A stretch of 64,000 nucleotides of DNA from an uncultured virus (IMG/VR IMGVR_UViG_2609459885_000003) (IMGVR_UViG_2609459885_000003:1-64000), one strand, 5' to 3'. Shown: positions 30,108 through 40,818, numbered from the stretch's first letter. The notes: generated from the letters alone by a model not told the origin. A program made the numbers and translations.

Positions 30108-30234
30108 TCGCCGAGGGCCACCTGGCCCTCGATTCTTCTGGTTTAACCGTTATGACGCGTTTGCCCCCCTCTTCTGAATTGTCAGAATAAAGCCACCAAG
30201 AAAACAAATTATTTTAACAATTAAGGAAAAACAC

Positions 30235-30813
30235 ATGTGTGATAAATGCACCGCCGCTAACGCTGAAGTAAAGAAGATCATTAATGAAGTCGGGGCTAAA
30301 AAACTCGTAGGGATGCTTGATTCTATAACTGGTCATGGTGACGCTCATCCGCTGGAACGCATCATGGCCATCGTCCAGGTCATGGGCTTATTTGACGAAC
30401 CAATGAAAATCCTGATGCTTGCTCGTCACTTTGGCGGGGCGTATGTGGAAGAGCATGAACGTGCCAATAAACTGCAGGCAACTCTGGACATGATGAGCGA
30501 ACCAAAATGCGCGCCGGCGCCAGATCTCTCCGGAGACAATATCGGCATTGAAAGCAAAGAGCGGGAGATCGCCAGCCTTAAGTCTTCTTTAGGCATGTTA
30601 ATTACCGCCTTTAAACTAATGGCAACCCATAACGGGTTCAAAATGCCAGAGCTAACCGGCGATGAACATCCCGCTGCTATTCGCCAGCTGCTTGGTGCGA
30701 TGGCGGATAATATGGATGAAGCGAAGAGCCGTATCGAAGACATGATGCGAGAACTTGCCCACCGCCACGATCTAAATGACCAGCCGCACAAGATGCAGCA
30801 AGTCAGCCACTGA
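30235..30813 (+). CDS. hypothetical protein
   Basis: 192-aa ORF with RBS TAAGGA. Confidence 0.7.
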   Translation: MCDKCTAANAEVKKIINEVGAKKLVGMLDSITGHGDAHPLERIMAIVQVMGLFDEPMKILMLARHFGGAYVEEHERANKLQATLDMMSEPKCAPAPDLSGDNIGIESKEREIASLKSSLGMLITAFKLMATHNGFKMPELTGDEHPAAIRQLLGAMADNMDEAKSRIEDMMRELAHRHDLNDQPHKMQQVSH

Positions 30814-30941
30814 ACCTGAAATAGCAAGGGGGCGAGAGCCCCCTTCCCCTCCTCCGTAGCCCTCTGTATAGAACTTTTACGCCTTTTCTTGTCTGAGATA
30901 ATAAAACCAATAAGAAAACAAATTGTTTATATGGTGAAATT

Positions 30942-32627
30942 ATGAGTACAGCGCTTTCTGTCCTTGAGTCTTTTGCTTCGAACACCGGTATCGACCACAG
31001 CAAAGAGATGAACGTCATCCATGACATCGTGGCCGAGTGCGAGAAAGAGATTGCGTTCATGCACCAGGTTCACGACTTCGTTTATGGCGATGAGCGTCAC
31101 AACATGATTAACCGCCTGCTTCGACTCAACCACCGGCCGGATGAAGAACGCACTCGTTTCAACAGATCCTGGCTGGATAAGGTCGATCTTGAGTGGGTGA
31201 AGCAGAATATCTGGGCCGAATACTGGAAGAAGGTCACGGATATGACAAACGTTCTGCTGATCATGCCAGCTTCCCGCCGAGATGAATGGCGCGAACAGTT
31301 CATAGAAGGCAAGCAGGAAACCATCAAGACTGACAGAACCGGCTACCAGATGAAGGTTAAGGAGTTCGTTGGCGTACCTGAGTTCAAAGCAGAGACGGTC
31401 ATCCCCACGATGGTCAATCTGCTGAATGACAGGCATAAATATCTCTCTGAGCGCGTGTACGGTTTGTTTAAGGCGCTGAGCCCTGCGCACAAGACCAATA
31501 AAACGAACGGCTTTAGCGAGCGGCTGATCATCGCCAGCTGCATTTCAGAGTTCTGGCGGGATAGTGTCAGCGTGAACTATCGGAAAGAGGATTACATCGA
31601 TGACCTGCGCGTAATGCTGCATTTCTTTGCGCATAAGGAGTTCATCACCATTAACCGCACAACAGAGATGCTATCGGCTGCGTACCGGGCAAATGATTGC
31701 CAGACGGGTGATTGGATCAACGTGGATGGTAACCTCATGCGCGTGAAAATGTTCAAGAACGGTAATGTGCATTTTGAGATCCACCCAGATGTTGCCTGGA
31801 AGCTTAATGAGGTGCTGGCGTACAGTATGCCGGCCACTATACCTGCCCCCTGCCGAACAGCCCCAAAAACCAGAGCTCCTAAGGAGTTTGGCCTCATTCA
31901 AAAGACCATCTCTGAGCCCGTTCGATCCACTTTACGTGACGGGCGATTCAGCAAAGACAAGGGGGTTTGGTACTTCTCTGATTCCAGTCTCCAGAAGTCG
32001 CAGGTTGAAGAATTGGAGCGCACATTAAGCTTCATTGGCGGCGTACAGGATAAAAAGCACTGGCAGTTCCCGTATGAGATCGGTCAAACACTCAATACGA
32101 TTGTGGCGACAGGTTTGATCCCGGATGCAAAATCACATCAGTTCTACCCTACCCCTCGCGTAATCGCGGAATACGTGGCCAAAGTCGTTGACTTGAAATC
32201 TGGCGAAACATTGCTGGAGCCGGAAGCTGGTCGCGGAGATCTGCTTACGTTTATTGAGGCGAATCCTGAGGACGTGACCTGTGTTGAGGTTGCGCCGCTA
32301 TTTGCTGACATCCTTCTTGGAAAAGGCTACGTGAACACAGTCTGCTGTGACTTCATGAAGTGGTCTGCTGACAATGAAGGCTACCTCTTCGACAAGATAG
32401 TCATGAATCCACCCTACTCTCTCGGGCGCCACAAAGAACACACGCTGGCTGGGCTGGGACATCTGAAAGTCGGTGGGCGCCTTGTTGCTGTTTTGCCGGG
32501 GGACTCACCAACACTGAACTGGATGATGCTGGATAATTTCGTCTACGCCAAAGGTAAGTCGTTCACAGGCGAGTTTGATGACACGGGGATAACTGTCAGC
32601 GTGTATGTCTTCAAACGTACAAAATAA
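30942..32627 (+). CDS. DUF4942-domain amino-methyltransferase
   Basis: C-terminal QFYPTP, LLEPEAGRGDL and IVMNPPY; N-terminal KTNKTNGF and FKNGNVH typical of DUF4942 proteins. Confidence 0.85.
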   Translation: MSTALSVLESFASNTGIDHSKEMNVIHDIVAECEKEIAFMHQVHDFVYGDERHNMINRLLRLNHRPDEERTRFNRSWLDKVDLEWVKQNIWAEYWKKVTDMTNVLLIMPASRRDEWREQFIEGKQETIKTDRTGYQMKVKEFVGVPEFKAETVIPTMVNLLNDRHKYLSERVYGLFKALSPAHKTNKTNGFSERLIIASCISEFWRDSVSVNYRKEDYIDDLRVMLHFFAHKEFITINRTTEMLSAAYRANDCQTGDWINVDGNLMRVKMFKNGNVHFEIHPDVAWKLNEVLAYSMPATIPAPCRTAPKTRAPKEFGLIQKTISEPVRSTLRDGRFSKDKGVWYFSDSSLQKSQVEELERTLSFIGGVQDKKHWQFPYEIGQTLNTIVATGLIPDAKSHQFYPTPRVIAEYVAKVVDLKSGETLLEPEAGRGDLLTFIEANPEDVTCVEVAPLFADILLGKGYVNTVCCDFMKWSADNEGYLFDKIVMNPPYSLGRHKEHTLAGLGHLKVGGRLVAVLPGDSPTLNWMMLDNFVYAKGKSFTGEFDDTGITVSVYVFKRTK

Positions 32628-32688
32628 TAGGTAACTACATACTTATTTTATGTAAGAATAATGACGCGATACTTAGAGGGAAAAACAC

Positions 32689-33417
32689 ATGGAAAGCAGG
32701 AATAAAGCCACTTCTATGGATATACAGGCTGTATTACCGATGAGCACGGACACGCCTTTCAGACTTTGCCTTAAGGGCAACAACCCAACCGCTGTGGGCA
32801 CGATTATTGTCGATAAGGGTAAGGTCTCATTTGAAGGCGACGCCGACGAATCAGCGCTGATTTTTATTGAGTACCTGGTGCGTCGAACTAGTCAGCAGTG
32901 GGCAGAGCTGGAGAAACGCGCCAGATATTATGATGAGTTTATGAATGTCATAGAGGCTGCGCGTGCCGCTCTTGCTGTTGGCACTCCTGTAGATCTGGAG
33001 TCTTTGTTTAACGGAGAGCTGGCCTCTGCCATGTTCGCCACCATGTTCGCCGGCGAATTTGTTCGACACGGTGCAAAAAACTATCTGGAATTGAGCTACG
33101 ACGTTCCTGAACTTGGATATTTCACTGTTACGACTCAACGTAAGGGGTGCAAAACGCCAGGCGATCGCATCGCAGAGCTGGAGGCTGTAGTCGACCAACG
33201 CAATGGAGAATGCGTGCGGCTTATGAAAGAGCGCGACGAACTGCTCAGTGATCAGCTAACCAAAGGCTCAAACATTCGCGCGGCAGCCGACGTTTACTTT
33301 CAACTCATGGAAGAGTGCCAAATACCGCCAGGCGGATCTCTTGTTGAGTATGTGCGTGAGCTTGAAGAACAGGTCAAGACACTGCAGCGGCAAAACCAAC
33401 ACGCCATCGAATCATGA
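32689..33417 (+). CDS. Ead/Ea22-like phage protein
   Basis: Mosaic coiled-coil protein with GAKNYLEL and RIAELEA; family assignment tentative. Confidence 0.5.
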   Translation: MESRNKATSMDIQAVLPMSTDTPFRLCLKGNNPTAVGTIIVDKGKVSFEGDADESALIFIEYLVRRTSQQWAELEKRARYYDEFMNVIEAARAALAVGTPVDLESLFNGELASAMFATMFAGEFVRHGAKNYLELSYDVPELGYFTVTTQRKGCKTPGDRIAELEAVVDQRNGECVRLMKERDELLSDQLTKGSNIRAAADVYFQLMEECQIPPGGSLVEYVRELEEQVKTLQRQNQHAIES

Positions 33418-33568
33418 TGAGGTCGTAACTGGTTTCACCAATTTAAGGCTATTGGTATAGCCTTAAACAATTTGTTTTCACCAACAAGTTATTACCCCCG
33501 CCGTCAAACTTGACCGCATTTCATCAAAGAAATACTGTTTAAATGTACAGTGCTATAAGGTGATCAAA

Positions 33569-33832
33569 ATGGGCGGAAAAGACACCAGTTATCAGATCGT
33601 CTACAGAGGCGAGACACTTAAACATTTCAAGCCTGGCCAGTGCGTCTTTTTCCAGCGAGAGAGACAGTATGGTGGCGGCTATTGGTTGGGCAAGACACAT
33701 GTGGACGGTTTTGAGTTCCTGCTCGAACAACCAACTTCTCTAAGAGAGGGGATGTTGTTTCTCCTCACTCTTGCAAAGGTGGAAGCCAGACACATGGAGT
33801 TCGTCGATTTCGATCAGTTCAATTTAACGTAG
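33569..33832 (+). CDS. hypothetical protein
   Basis: 87-aa ORF with RBS AAGGTG. Confidence 0.65.
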   Translation: MGGKDTSYQIVYRGETLKHFKPGQCVFFQRERQYGGGYWLGKTHVDGFEFLLEQPTSLREGMLFLLTLAKVEARHMEFVDFDQFNLT

Positions 33833-33957
33833 TCACTGCTTGGGATAGACCATGTGCAACAGCAAAGTTGTAATGTCCGCTTTGAGCGAGGAGCAGACCT
33901 TGAATTACTGTATACTCTCAAAAGTGAATGGTACTGCTACCGCGATGCTTACAGAAG

Positions 33958-34082
33958 GATCGAGGATTGGGCGGAGCAAAACTTACCGCCTGAACCCACA
34001 GTTTATCAGGAAGGGTACTGCTAGTGATAACAAAAGAGCATTGAAAAACGGCCCCAGCGTCATACAGGGCGGAAAGGTATAA
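33958..34082 (+). pseudogene. C-terminal remnant of a RepL-like HTH protein
   Basis: GSRIGRSKTYRLNPQF..KG....NKRALK...VIQGG resembles the RepL-family C-terminus; no matching N-terminus. Confidence 0.4.
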
Positions 34083-34120
34083 TCCAGCTGGTGGCCGACA
34101 GTACCCGTCTTGTGCGGGTT

Positions 34121-35200
34121 TTATTCTTCCTGTGGTGGGTTTTGTTTAAAGTAAAAGGTTATTTTACTTTCTTCAGCTGAGCTTTCAAAACTGAAACTGA
34201 AATTTTTAAATTCGTCACCCAGACCGTTTTCATCAAATTTCTGACAACTTAAATTACCCCACATATCCTCACAGCATATCGAAAAAACCTTGGGTTCTGC
34301 TTTCCTTTCGTTAAGTAAATAATTACCAAATGATTCTTTAGATAATGTGTTTGATATTCCAGAAAAAAGTGATAACTCAACATCATTATCGTTGCACTCA
34401 ACTCCAATCCATTGATGTATTTTAAAAGTTATTTCATTAAAATTAATTCCGTTTATTGTCATTTTTTTTGTGTCAAAATCAGAAACTGTTTTTTTGGCTT
34501 GAATAGAAGATTGCAATAATAAAGCAAACTCTGATCTCGTTAAACTAGATAGAAGATCATCATTTTTTAAAGTGTCTTGAAGGACATCTGTGAAATTTGA
34601 TATTTTGAACTTATCATCGTTCATGAAACTTTTAAGAATATCAGAATTGCTAAGGTGGTCTTTTAAATATTTAATCTCTGTGTGTTTGTAGTAGTAACAC
34701 TTATCAGAAATGCAGAGTACGCCAATGGCTGGATTTGACAAGAAATTAGTATCGTTATGATAATATCTGCTCAGTTCGCTTTTCTTGGCATTACTTGAAA
34801 ATGCAAATAGAACAGTAGGAGATTTTCCACCAATTGATCGAAATTTTCTAAATTTTTGAATTGTTGTCTCTAGCTCTTTCGCTGTTAAAGTTGATTTAAC
34901 CTCAATGTTATATCTAACTGCTTCGATAGGAACAAAGGCAAGATCATTGTTTATATAAGGCGGTAAGATTTCATTATCATAAATAATAATATCACTTTCA
35001 TTTGATTGCTCTCCACGTGAGTTCTCAATTATACCTCTTGAAATCTCATACTTTCTTGGAATGACGTCTTTTATTATTTTTATCAACTCTTCTTCATTCA
35101 AACCACCCTTCACCCCTTGGTGTTTTACATTTTTATTTACAGCAAACTCTTGTTTTAATGTTTTTATTCTTGATGATATTTTTTCTGAAATAATGCTCAT
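34121..35200 (-). CDS. DUF6602-like PD-(D/E)xK nuclease-domain protein (candidate defence)
   Basis: KHQGVKGGLNE, QSNESDIIIYD, PIEAV...IEVKSTL; very AT-rich and antisense to the backbone. Confidence 0.75.
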   Translation of the reverse strand: MSIISEKISSRIKTLKQEFAVNKNVKHQGVKGGLNEEELIKIIKDVIPRKYEISRGIIENSRGEQSNESDIIIYDNEILPPYINNDLAFVPIEAVRYNIEVKSTLTAKELETTIQKFRKFRSIGGKSPTVLFAFSSNAKKSELSRYYHNDTNFLSNPAIGVLCISDKCYYYKHTEIKYLKDHLSNSDILKSFMNDDKFKISNFTDVLQDTLKNDDLLSSLTRSEFALLLQSSIQAKKTVSDFDTKKMTINGINFNEITFKIHQWIGVECNDNDVELSLFSGISNTLSKESFGNYLLNERKAEPKVFSICCEDMWGNLSCQKFDENGLGDEFKNFSFSFESSAEESKITFYFKQNPPQEE

Positions 35201-35560
35201 ATCAATGTTCCACCCTCTCTTTTGATTACTATTGACTTTATAGCTTGTGAACCATTCAACACTATTAAGTACTGTATATATAACTAACTAACGTTCAAAG
35301 TGACCATTGTACGTATCCCTGCAAAAAGAACCATCAACTTTTAGAGAGTCTCTGGTACTCCAACTTCCGCTCTTGGCACAGAGCGGACTTTTCAGCTTTA
35401 CCCTGCCCCGGACATCTGAACTTAGCTTTGAAACTATGCGCCTGATTATCGTAATGACAGTATCTAGACAGCCGCACTGCCTTAAACAAAATGTTTCCCA
35501 CCTTTTCTTATCGCTGATAATAACTAATACAAGGAAACAATTAGTTAAAAGGATTAAGTA

Positions 35561-35878
35561 ATGTTGAAAATCACTGAAGCCTACAAGACAGCTGTTATCA
35601 GCACTGCGCACGTTACCGCGGAAGACTCCGAACAGTTGCCAATTGCCTGTTTTGACCCAATCACCGATCGTGGTCTTAACTGGGTCCACGGCACAGAGTT
35701 TGGTTGGATTGTTCGTGCTGGAATGCGTGACAATAGCTGGGCAGATGAACTGCGTACATTCAACATCTCCGAAGCGGCGATCGCCAATATCAAGATGATA
35801 CTGGATTCCGGTTACGACGTGGTTCACTTTGATCGTGATGCCGAGCTGGTGGATGGAATGCCAGCCTGGGACTGGTAA
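35561..35878 (+). CDS. DUF5983-like hypothetical protein
   Basis: ISTAHVTAED...GWIV...FDRDA pattern. Confidence 0.65.
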   Translation: MLKITEAYKTAVISTAHVTAEDSEQLPIACFDPITDRGLNWVHGTEFGWIVRAGMRDNSWADELRTFNISEAAIANIKMILDSGYDVVHFDRDAELVDGMPAWDW

Positions 35879-35959
35879 GAACTTTGTCTGCGATAGACAG
35901 GCTTGCTTTTATGTGAGATACCAATCAGCAGAATTCATAAAACCAGGGACACAGTCCGT

Positions 35960-36796
35960 ATGGAACTTTTCCAGTATCTTCATTCGATGTACCCCCAGCT
36001 GACACCGCAGAACTGTAAAATTCATTTAGCCGGCAAGAATGAGCATGGCGAATTCCCGATAAACGAGTTTCTTAACGATACGTTCGATGAATGGCAATGC
36101 TTCCAGAAGAAGAATTATTTTAACCGGACTTACGTCATTTCCCTCATTCAAACTGAGGATAAGCAAAGATGGCTTTATGCCGGAACGTATCGTCGTGAAA
36201 GCTGTAGTCCGACAGCGTCACCATGTTTTCGTGATCGCAAAGACGACTATTACGCCTATGTTTTGAGTCCCATTCCCGAGTTAGCTGAATACCGGGGACG
36301 TATGTATGTCAGCCTTAGTCGACCACGCATCCATGTACTTTATGGAGAGAGGTTGGCGGGGAAAATGCCAATAGTTGAAATAGCCTCTGTGTGTCTATCG
36401 TTTGGTGAATTCCCTGGATATAAGAACGTAGTGCTTACCAGAGCAACGCTTGGCACTATTATTCGACAGGAGCTTGATTCGTGGAAAACGGCCCTTAGTA
36501 TCGTAAAAGGCATCTATCTGCTGACTGACGTGGATGGAGGTAAATTGTACGTAGGCCAAGCGAACGGCAAGGATGGTATCTGGGGAAGATGGAAGACATA
36601 TTTTGACACAGGCCATGGAGGGAACGCAGGGTTGATTGAGGCGTTCGGAGCATTCGACGAAGAGCGTCTTAAACGTGTCACATTCTCCATACTGGAGATC
36701 ATGGACATTAACAGTGATGCTGATGAGATAGGGTTGCGAGAATCTCATTGGAAACGCATCCTTCTTTCACGTTCCATAGGCCATAACCGCAACTGA
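35960..36796 (+). CDS. GIY-YIG nuclease family protein
   Basis: KGIYLLTD..GKLYVGQANG..GIWGRW..Y...GHGGN, FSILE, RESHWK, C-terminal HNRN. Confidence 0.85.
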   Translation: MELFQYLHSMYPQLTPQNCKIHLAGKNEHGEFPINEFLNDTFDEWQCFQKKNYFNRTYVISLIQTEDKQRWLYAGTYRRESCSPTASPCFRDRKDDYYAYVLSPIPELAEYRGRMYVSLSRPRIHVLYGERLAGKMPIVEIASVCLSFGEFPGYKNVVLTRATLGTIIRQELDSWKTALSIVKGIYLLTDVDGGKLYVGQANGKDGIWGRWKTYFDTGHGGNAGLIEAFGAFDEERLKRVTFSILEIMDINSDADEIGLRESHWKRILLSRSIGHNRN

Positions 36797-36862
36797 CGTA
36801 AGTTATTTATTGATAATTTTGTTTACACACATAAGAAAACAAATAAATAAAAGACATAAGGA

Positions 36863-37384
36863 ATGTCAATGAATTCTTATATAGCTGGTGTTATAGCCAT
36901 AAGTTTATCCTTCTCATCCCTCGCTACAGAGAGGCAGAGTGATTTGTTACATACAGGTCCAACAGCAACACGCAGTACAATGCTGATCTGTAAAGCTGAA
37001 CGAATATCAGACGGTGTTGCAACCACTCTTGCAGGAAAAGCGTATCTTGAAGGTGTTGGTGAACAAATACTGTTAGCGTTAATCCCTACAACTCAATCCG
37101 GCGAGTATCTGCATGTTTCTTTTAACGCATGGGGATTCACTCCTTTCGGACAAGTTGAAAGTCATGAGCAGTTCACTAACTGGACGCTAATTCATATAGG
37201 ACGTGACAATCTCGATAATGGAGATGCTTTTGACTATACCTTTGTTGATTACACCTCACAGACTGGGCATGAGATTCGGTCAAGACCGTTCATGCGTATA
37301 TATGAGTGCCAGAGGCAGAACAAACGTCCAGAGTGGACGCGGAAAAAATCCACTCAGAAATATTTCAGTGGGGAACTCTATTAG
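36863..37384 (+). CDS. putative secreted protein
   Basis: Signal-peptide-like N-terminus (IAGVIAISLSFSSLA). Confidence 0.55.
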   Translation: MSMNSYIAGVIAISLSFSSLATERQSDLLHTGPTATRSTMLICKAERISDGVATTLAGKAYLEGVGEQILLALIPTTQSGEYLHVSFNAWGFTPFGQVESHEQFTNWTLIHIGRDNLDNGDAFDYTFVDYTSQTGHEIRSRPFMRIYECQRQNKRPEWTRKKSTQKYFSGELY

Positions 37385-38991
37385 ACCGTATTTGGATAAC
37401 GACGCGGTGATTTGGGGGTAATGAAGCTAAGGCGCCAGACTAATCAACGCGTTGACATTGGCGGTCACTAATTGAGGATTTCTATAAGAACTCGTTGATC
37501 GCCCCTCTTCCCTACCCTCCAACCTCATACACTCCAGGCGTGGCAAGGCTTTTACGCACATTACACCCATAAGAAAACAAATAAATAACACATCAATGAA
37601 AAGTCAACGCTTGACCCTGATTTGGTCTCAAAAGTTGACGTTTTGCCATGTCACTTCTTATATCCGTTAAGCTGCGCACCAGAGACCAACACCCTGCGAC
37701 GAAAACGCCAAAAATGACTCCTGATACCATCACAAAACAGACATGCTCAGAATGGCTCTCGTTGTGTTTAATGAGCATATAAACAAATTGTTTTAGACAA
37801 TAAGAAAACAACAAAACAAGATAACGAAGAAAAGGAACTGCCATTACCCCACACCCAGGCAATACCCACCTCTTCCTGCCAGGCTACCGAAAAGACCAAC
37901 CTCATTGCCACAGGCTATCGACCCCATGAAACAAACCTCGACCACCACCAAAAAGCGACTAGAGAAAGGCAATTTCTCTGAACGCCATTCCCCAATACAC
38001 GGAAGAGAATACCCGTGAAGAAACTCCAGACAAGACCAGGCCAGAACAGTCCCCGGCGCCATCTCGTTTACCCACTCTTACCTCGAAAGATAACGCAAAT
38101 TCCTGATAAGCAGAGAACGCCATTACTTCACATGCGGAGAACGACAACAGACCAGAAACCATATCACCCACACTTCCACCTCTCATGGTAAACGAAAGGA
38201 AAAGCGCACACGCCATTACTCCATACACAGAGAAGAACTATCCCCACAACGAAGAATACAGACCAGAGGAAAACCCCAAGACAACCACCTCGACAACATC
38301 TGCAAAACCACTTACCGGCAGAGAGAAGAAAGTCGCCTTTTCTCCCATACGAATGGGTCACCGTATAGAGCGCTAATAAGAGAGATACGAGTCCCCCATA
38401 AGAGAGGTTATTCGAGTCAGGAAAGAGCACAGATATAAGAGAGAGAGGATGGAGGGGGATCGCTCCCTTTCCCGTATTTATTCAAGTCCTGATTTTATCC
38501 CCCCGTAACATCCCTCCGGTCGAACGAGTGAAAGAGCCACCGCGAAAATCTATCGGGAGCGTCCCCGCAGGGGAAAGGCTGGCTGCCTGAGTGGAAACGG
38601 CTGGAGGTTTTTCGGGAAACGGCTGGGTTCCCGTCATGGAAAGGGTGCGTGCCGGTATAGAGACAAAATGCCGCGGGGACGGCTGATTCTCTGGCGGTAC
38701 ACCCTTTGGTGCGCGGGTGGCTTTCTTCCCGCTGCGCGCAGCTGCTGATACGTATTCTGCCAGAGCGTTCGAGGGTCACAAGCTGTTTCAACAGGTTTTT
38801 GGGAAGAGGAAAATACTGCCCACCAGCCCTGCGGTGCGCGTTGAGAAGAATAATGTAAAAAGTGCTCCCGATACGCTCCCGGATACTCACTGCTTTTCCA
38901 GTTCTCCCCGATACAAAATTCTTTTCGCCTATGTCTTATTGCGATAATAACACCAACAAGAAAACAACGTGTTTAGATGGAGAAGAAAAAC

Positions 38992-39210
38992 ATGTACAAG
39001 CATTTAAACATCAGCATCACCCTATGCGGAGAAGAGACGTGTACTGACGAACTCCAGATCTCTCTGGATGACGTTATCCGCTCTGCGGATGTCGCTGGGC
39101 GCATTGGTACGCTGATTGGCGAAGGGTATCGCGAGGGCACGTTTGATTTTCATATCGAGGACAACGCAATGTCCGTCGCGTGGAACTGCACCACGTCAGA
39201 GTCCAGATAA
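38992..39210 (+). CDS. hypothetical protein
   Basis: RBS GGAG; follows a GATAAT plus motif-B promoter cassette. Confidence 0.65.
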   Translation: MYKHLNISITLCGEETCTDELQISLDDVIRSADVAGRIGTLIGEGYREGTFDFHIEDNAMSVAWNCTTSESR

Positions 39211-39222
39211 AGGAGAGAGACA

Positions 39223-39435
39223 ATGGATATGCCTGTGATTGTGGAAGTATGGAGCGTGGACTCGCTGGCTGAGTGTCTTGATGGCGTAGGGCCAGCACTG
39301 ACCCGTAAATTATGGTCGTTTGTACCAGCTGAGGGAGAGTCACCAAAAGGGAAGGACGTGTGGCACCTGTTGACTGATGAAGAGAAGCGGGAGCTGGTGG
39401 CCGCAGTGAAAGAGGAGTTCCCTGACGAAGATTAA
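39223..39435 (+). CDS. hypothetical protein
   Basis: RBS AAGGAG; followed by a hairpin and T run. Confidence 0.7.
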   Translation: MDMPVIVEVWSVDSLAECLDGVGPALTRKLWSFVPAEGESPKGKDVWHLLTDEEKRELVAAVKEEFPDED

Positions 39436-39571
39436 CCACGGCCACCAGCAGGTGGCTTTTTAATGAATGTGGCCTGCGGCCAGCGGAATGCCGGAACGCT
39501 TCGCTTGGTGGCCGTTTTCACACTGGTATTATTTACACCAACAAGAAAACAAGTTGTTTACGGAGTGTGTA

Positions 39572-39883
39572 ATGAATACCGAGATGATTTTGAAACTGGA
39601 TAAACTCCAGCCTCGCAAAGACAAACCTGCAGTACTCGGTTCGATCACTTTACTGGACATAGTGGCCAACGGCACAGCCATCCGACTTTTCAAAGAGACC
39701 GTTGTCGTCTTCGGCGAAACTTCTCGCAAGCGCATTGTAATGAACGTCCGGCGCCATAGTGGGAAAGGATGGGTAGCTAAACAAGTTATCTGGCCTGCGT
39801 CAGATCTGGAGTTGGCTTTACTGGAAGTTAACAAGGTCGCCCAGCAGGAAATTCAACGAGCAACAACCCTCGCCATAGCATAG
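39572..39883 (+). CDS. hypothetical protein
   Basis: RBS GGAG downstream of motif B. Confidence 0.65.
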   Translation: MNTEMILKLDKLQPRKDKPAVLGSITLLDIVANGTAIRLFKETVVVFGETSRKRIVMNVRRHSGKGWVAKQVIWPASDLELALLEVNKVAQQEIQRATTLAIA

Positions 39884-39916
39884 TCATGTGCAACACAGAT
39901 TAGTCGAATTTACGAC

Positions 39917-39944
39917 AGCCCCGTCGATCCTTCGGGGCTTTTTT
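39917..39944 (+). terminator. intrinsic terminator
   Basis: AGCCCCG...CGGGGCT followed by a T run. Confidence 0.65.
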
Positions 39945-40002
39945 GTATTGTAAGTACTTACCTACGGCGATAGTATTACGACGCATTTACATGGAGGTAA
40001 AA

Positions 40003-40410
40003 ATGAGTTTGACCAAAGAAGATTTAGTATTTGACCTTTACTACGCATCCAGCACTGACGAAGAAGGCAATAAACTGGCCCAGCTGACCGTTCAGCTCCG
40101 TGATGCATCGGCTGTTCCGCATGTGACCACCCAGCTGGCCCGCACAACTCTTAAGCGAGATCGCTCGAAGGTTTATGCCGTCGGCGAGCAGTCAGTGAAA
40201 AATGGTTCGGACACTCTGCTGGCCGCCATTGAAGCCTATTATCGAACAGACCCGAAGACCATTTTCGAAAACCTGATGGCACAGGTTCAGGATATGATCG
40301 AGGGCAACCTGGGCGCCAACAATACCTGGGTTGGTTCATACGGCATCACCATTGTGTCTGGCGGCTCTCTGGAAGAGTATCTGCCGGAGTCCGTCTACAA
40401 CGTCCAGTAA
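40003..40410 (+). CDS. hypothetical protein
   Basis: RBS GGAGGT; preceded by an operator-A site; terminator at 40418-40443. Confidence 0.7.
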   Translation: MSLTKEDLVFDLYYASSTDEEGNKLAQLTVQLRDASAVPHVTTQLARTTLKRDRSKVYAVGEQSVKNGSDTLLAAIEAYYRTDPKTIFENLMAQVQDMIEGNLGANNTWVGSYGITIVSGGSLEEYLPESVYNVQ

Positions 40411-40536
40411 ACCAGCCAATGGCGCGTAACCCGCGCCATTTTTCCCATCCCGTAAACAAGTTGTTTTATGCCTCTCCTGCGTTGCGATAATAACACCAAC
40501 AAGAAAACAAGTTATTAACGCAGTGAGGAAACGCAC

Positions 40537-40818
40537 ATGACCGATTTCACCATCTCCCCGAAAGCAGAAAACGTATGGCTGGAATCCTGGCTTGACCTGT
40601 CGCCGGCCGAGCAGAAAGAAATGGATCACGTCGAACCGGACGAACAAACCAGCTCCCGCTTCTTCCATTATCAGGATAGCGTTTATGACATTGCCGATTT
40701 CATGCGCGATGACCGCTTCCCGGAATGGCACGCCGGCTATCCACTGAATGCCTTCGCTATGCTGATGATCCGCTTAACTGATTCAGGCGATACCATCGAC
40801 ATCGGATTACTTCATTGA
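40537..40818 (+). CDS. hypothetical protein
   Basis: RBS GAGGA after a GATAAT plus motif-B cassette. Confidence 0.7.
   Translation: MTDFTISPKAENVWLESWLDLSPAEQKEMDHVEPDEQTSSRFFHYQDSVYDIADFMRDDRFPEWHAGYPLNAFAMLMIRLTDSGDTIDIGLLH

Noticed and set aside
37593..38890. Short ORFs in the 37.6-38.9 kb tract
   Set aside because: Low-complexity translations caused by strand skew and repeats; no convincing RBS.
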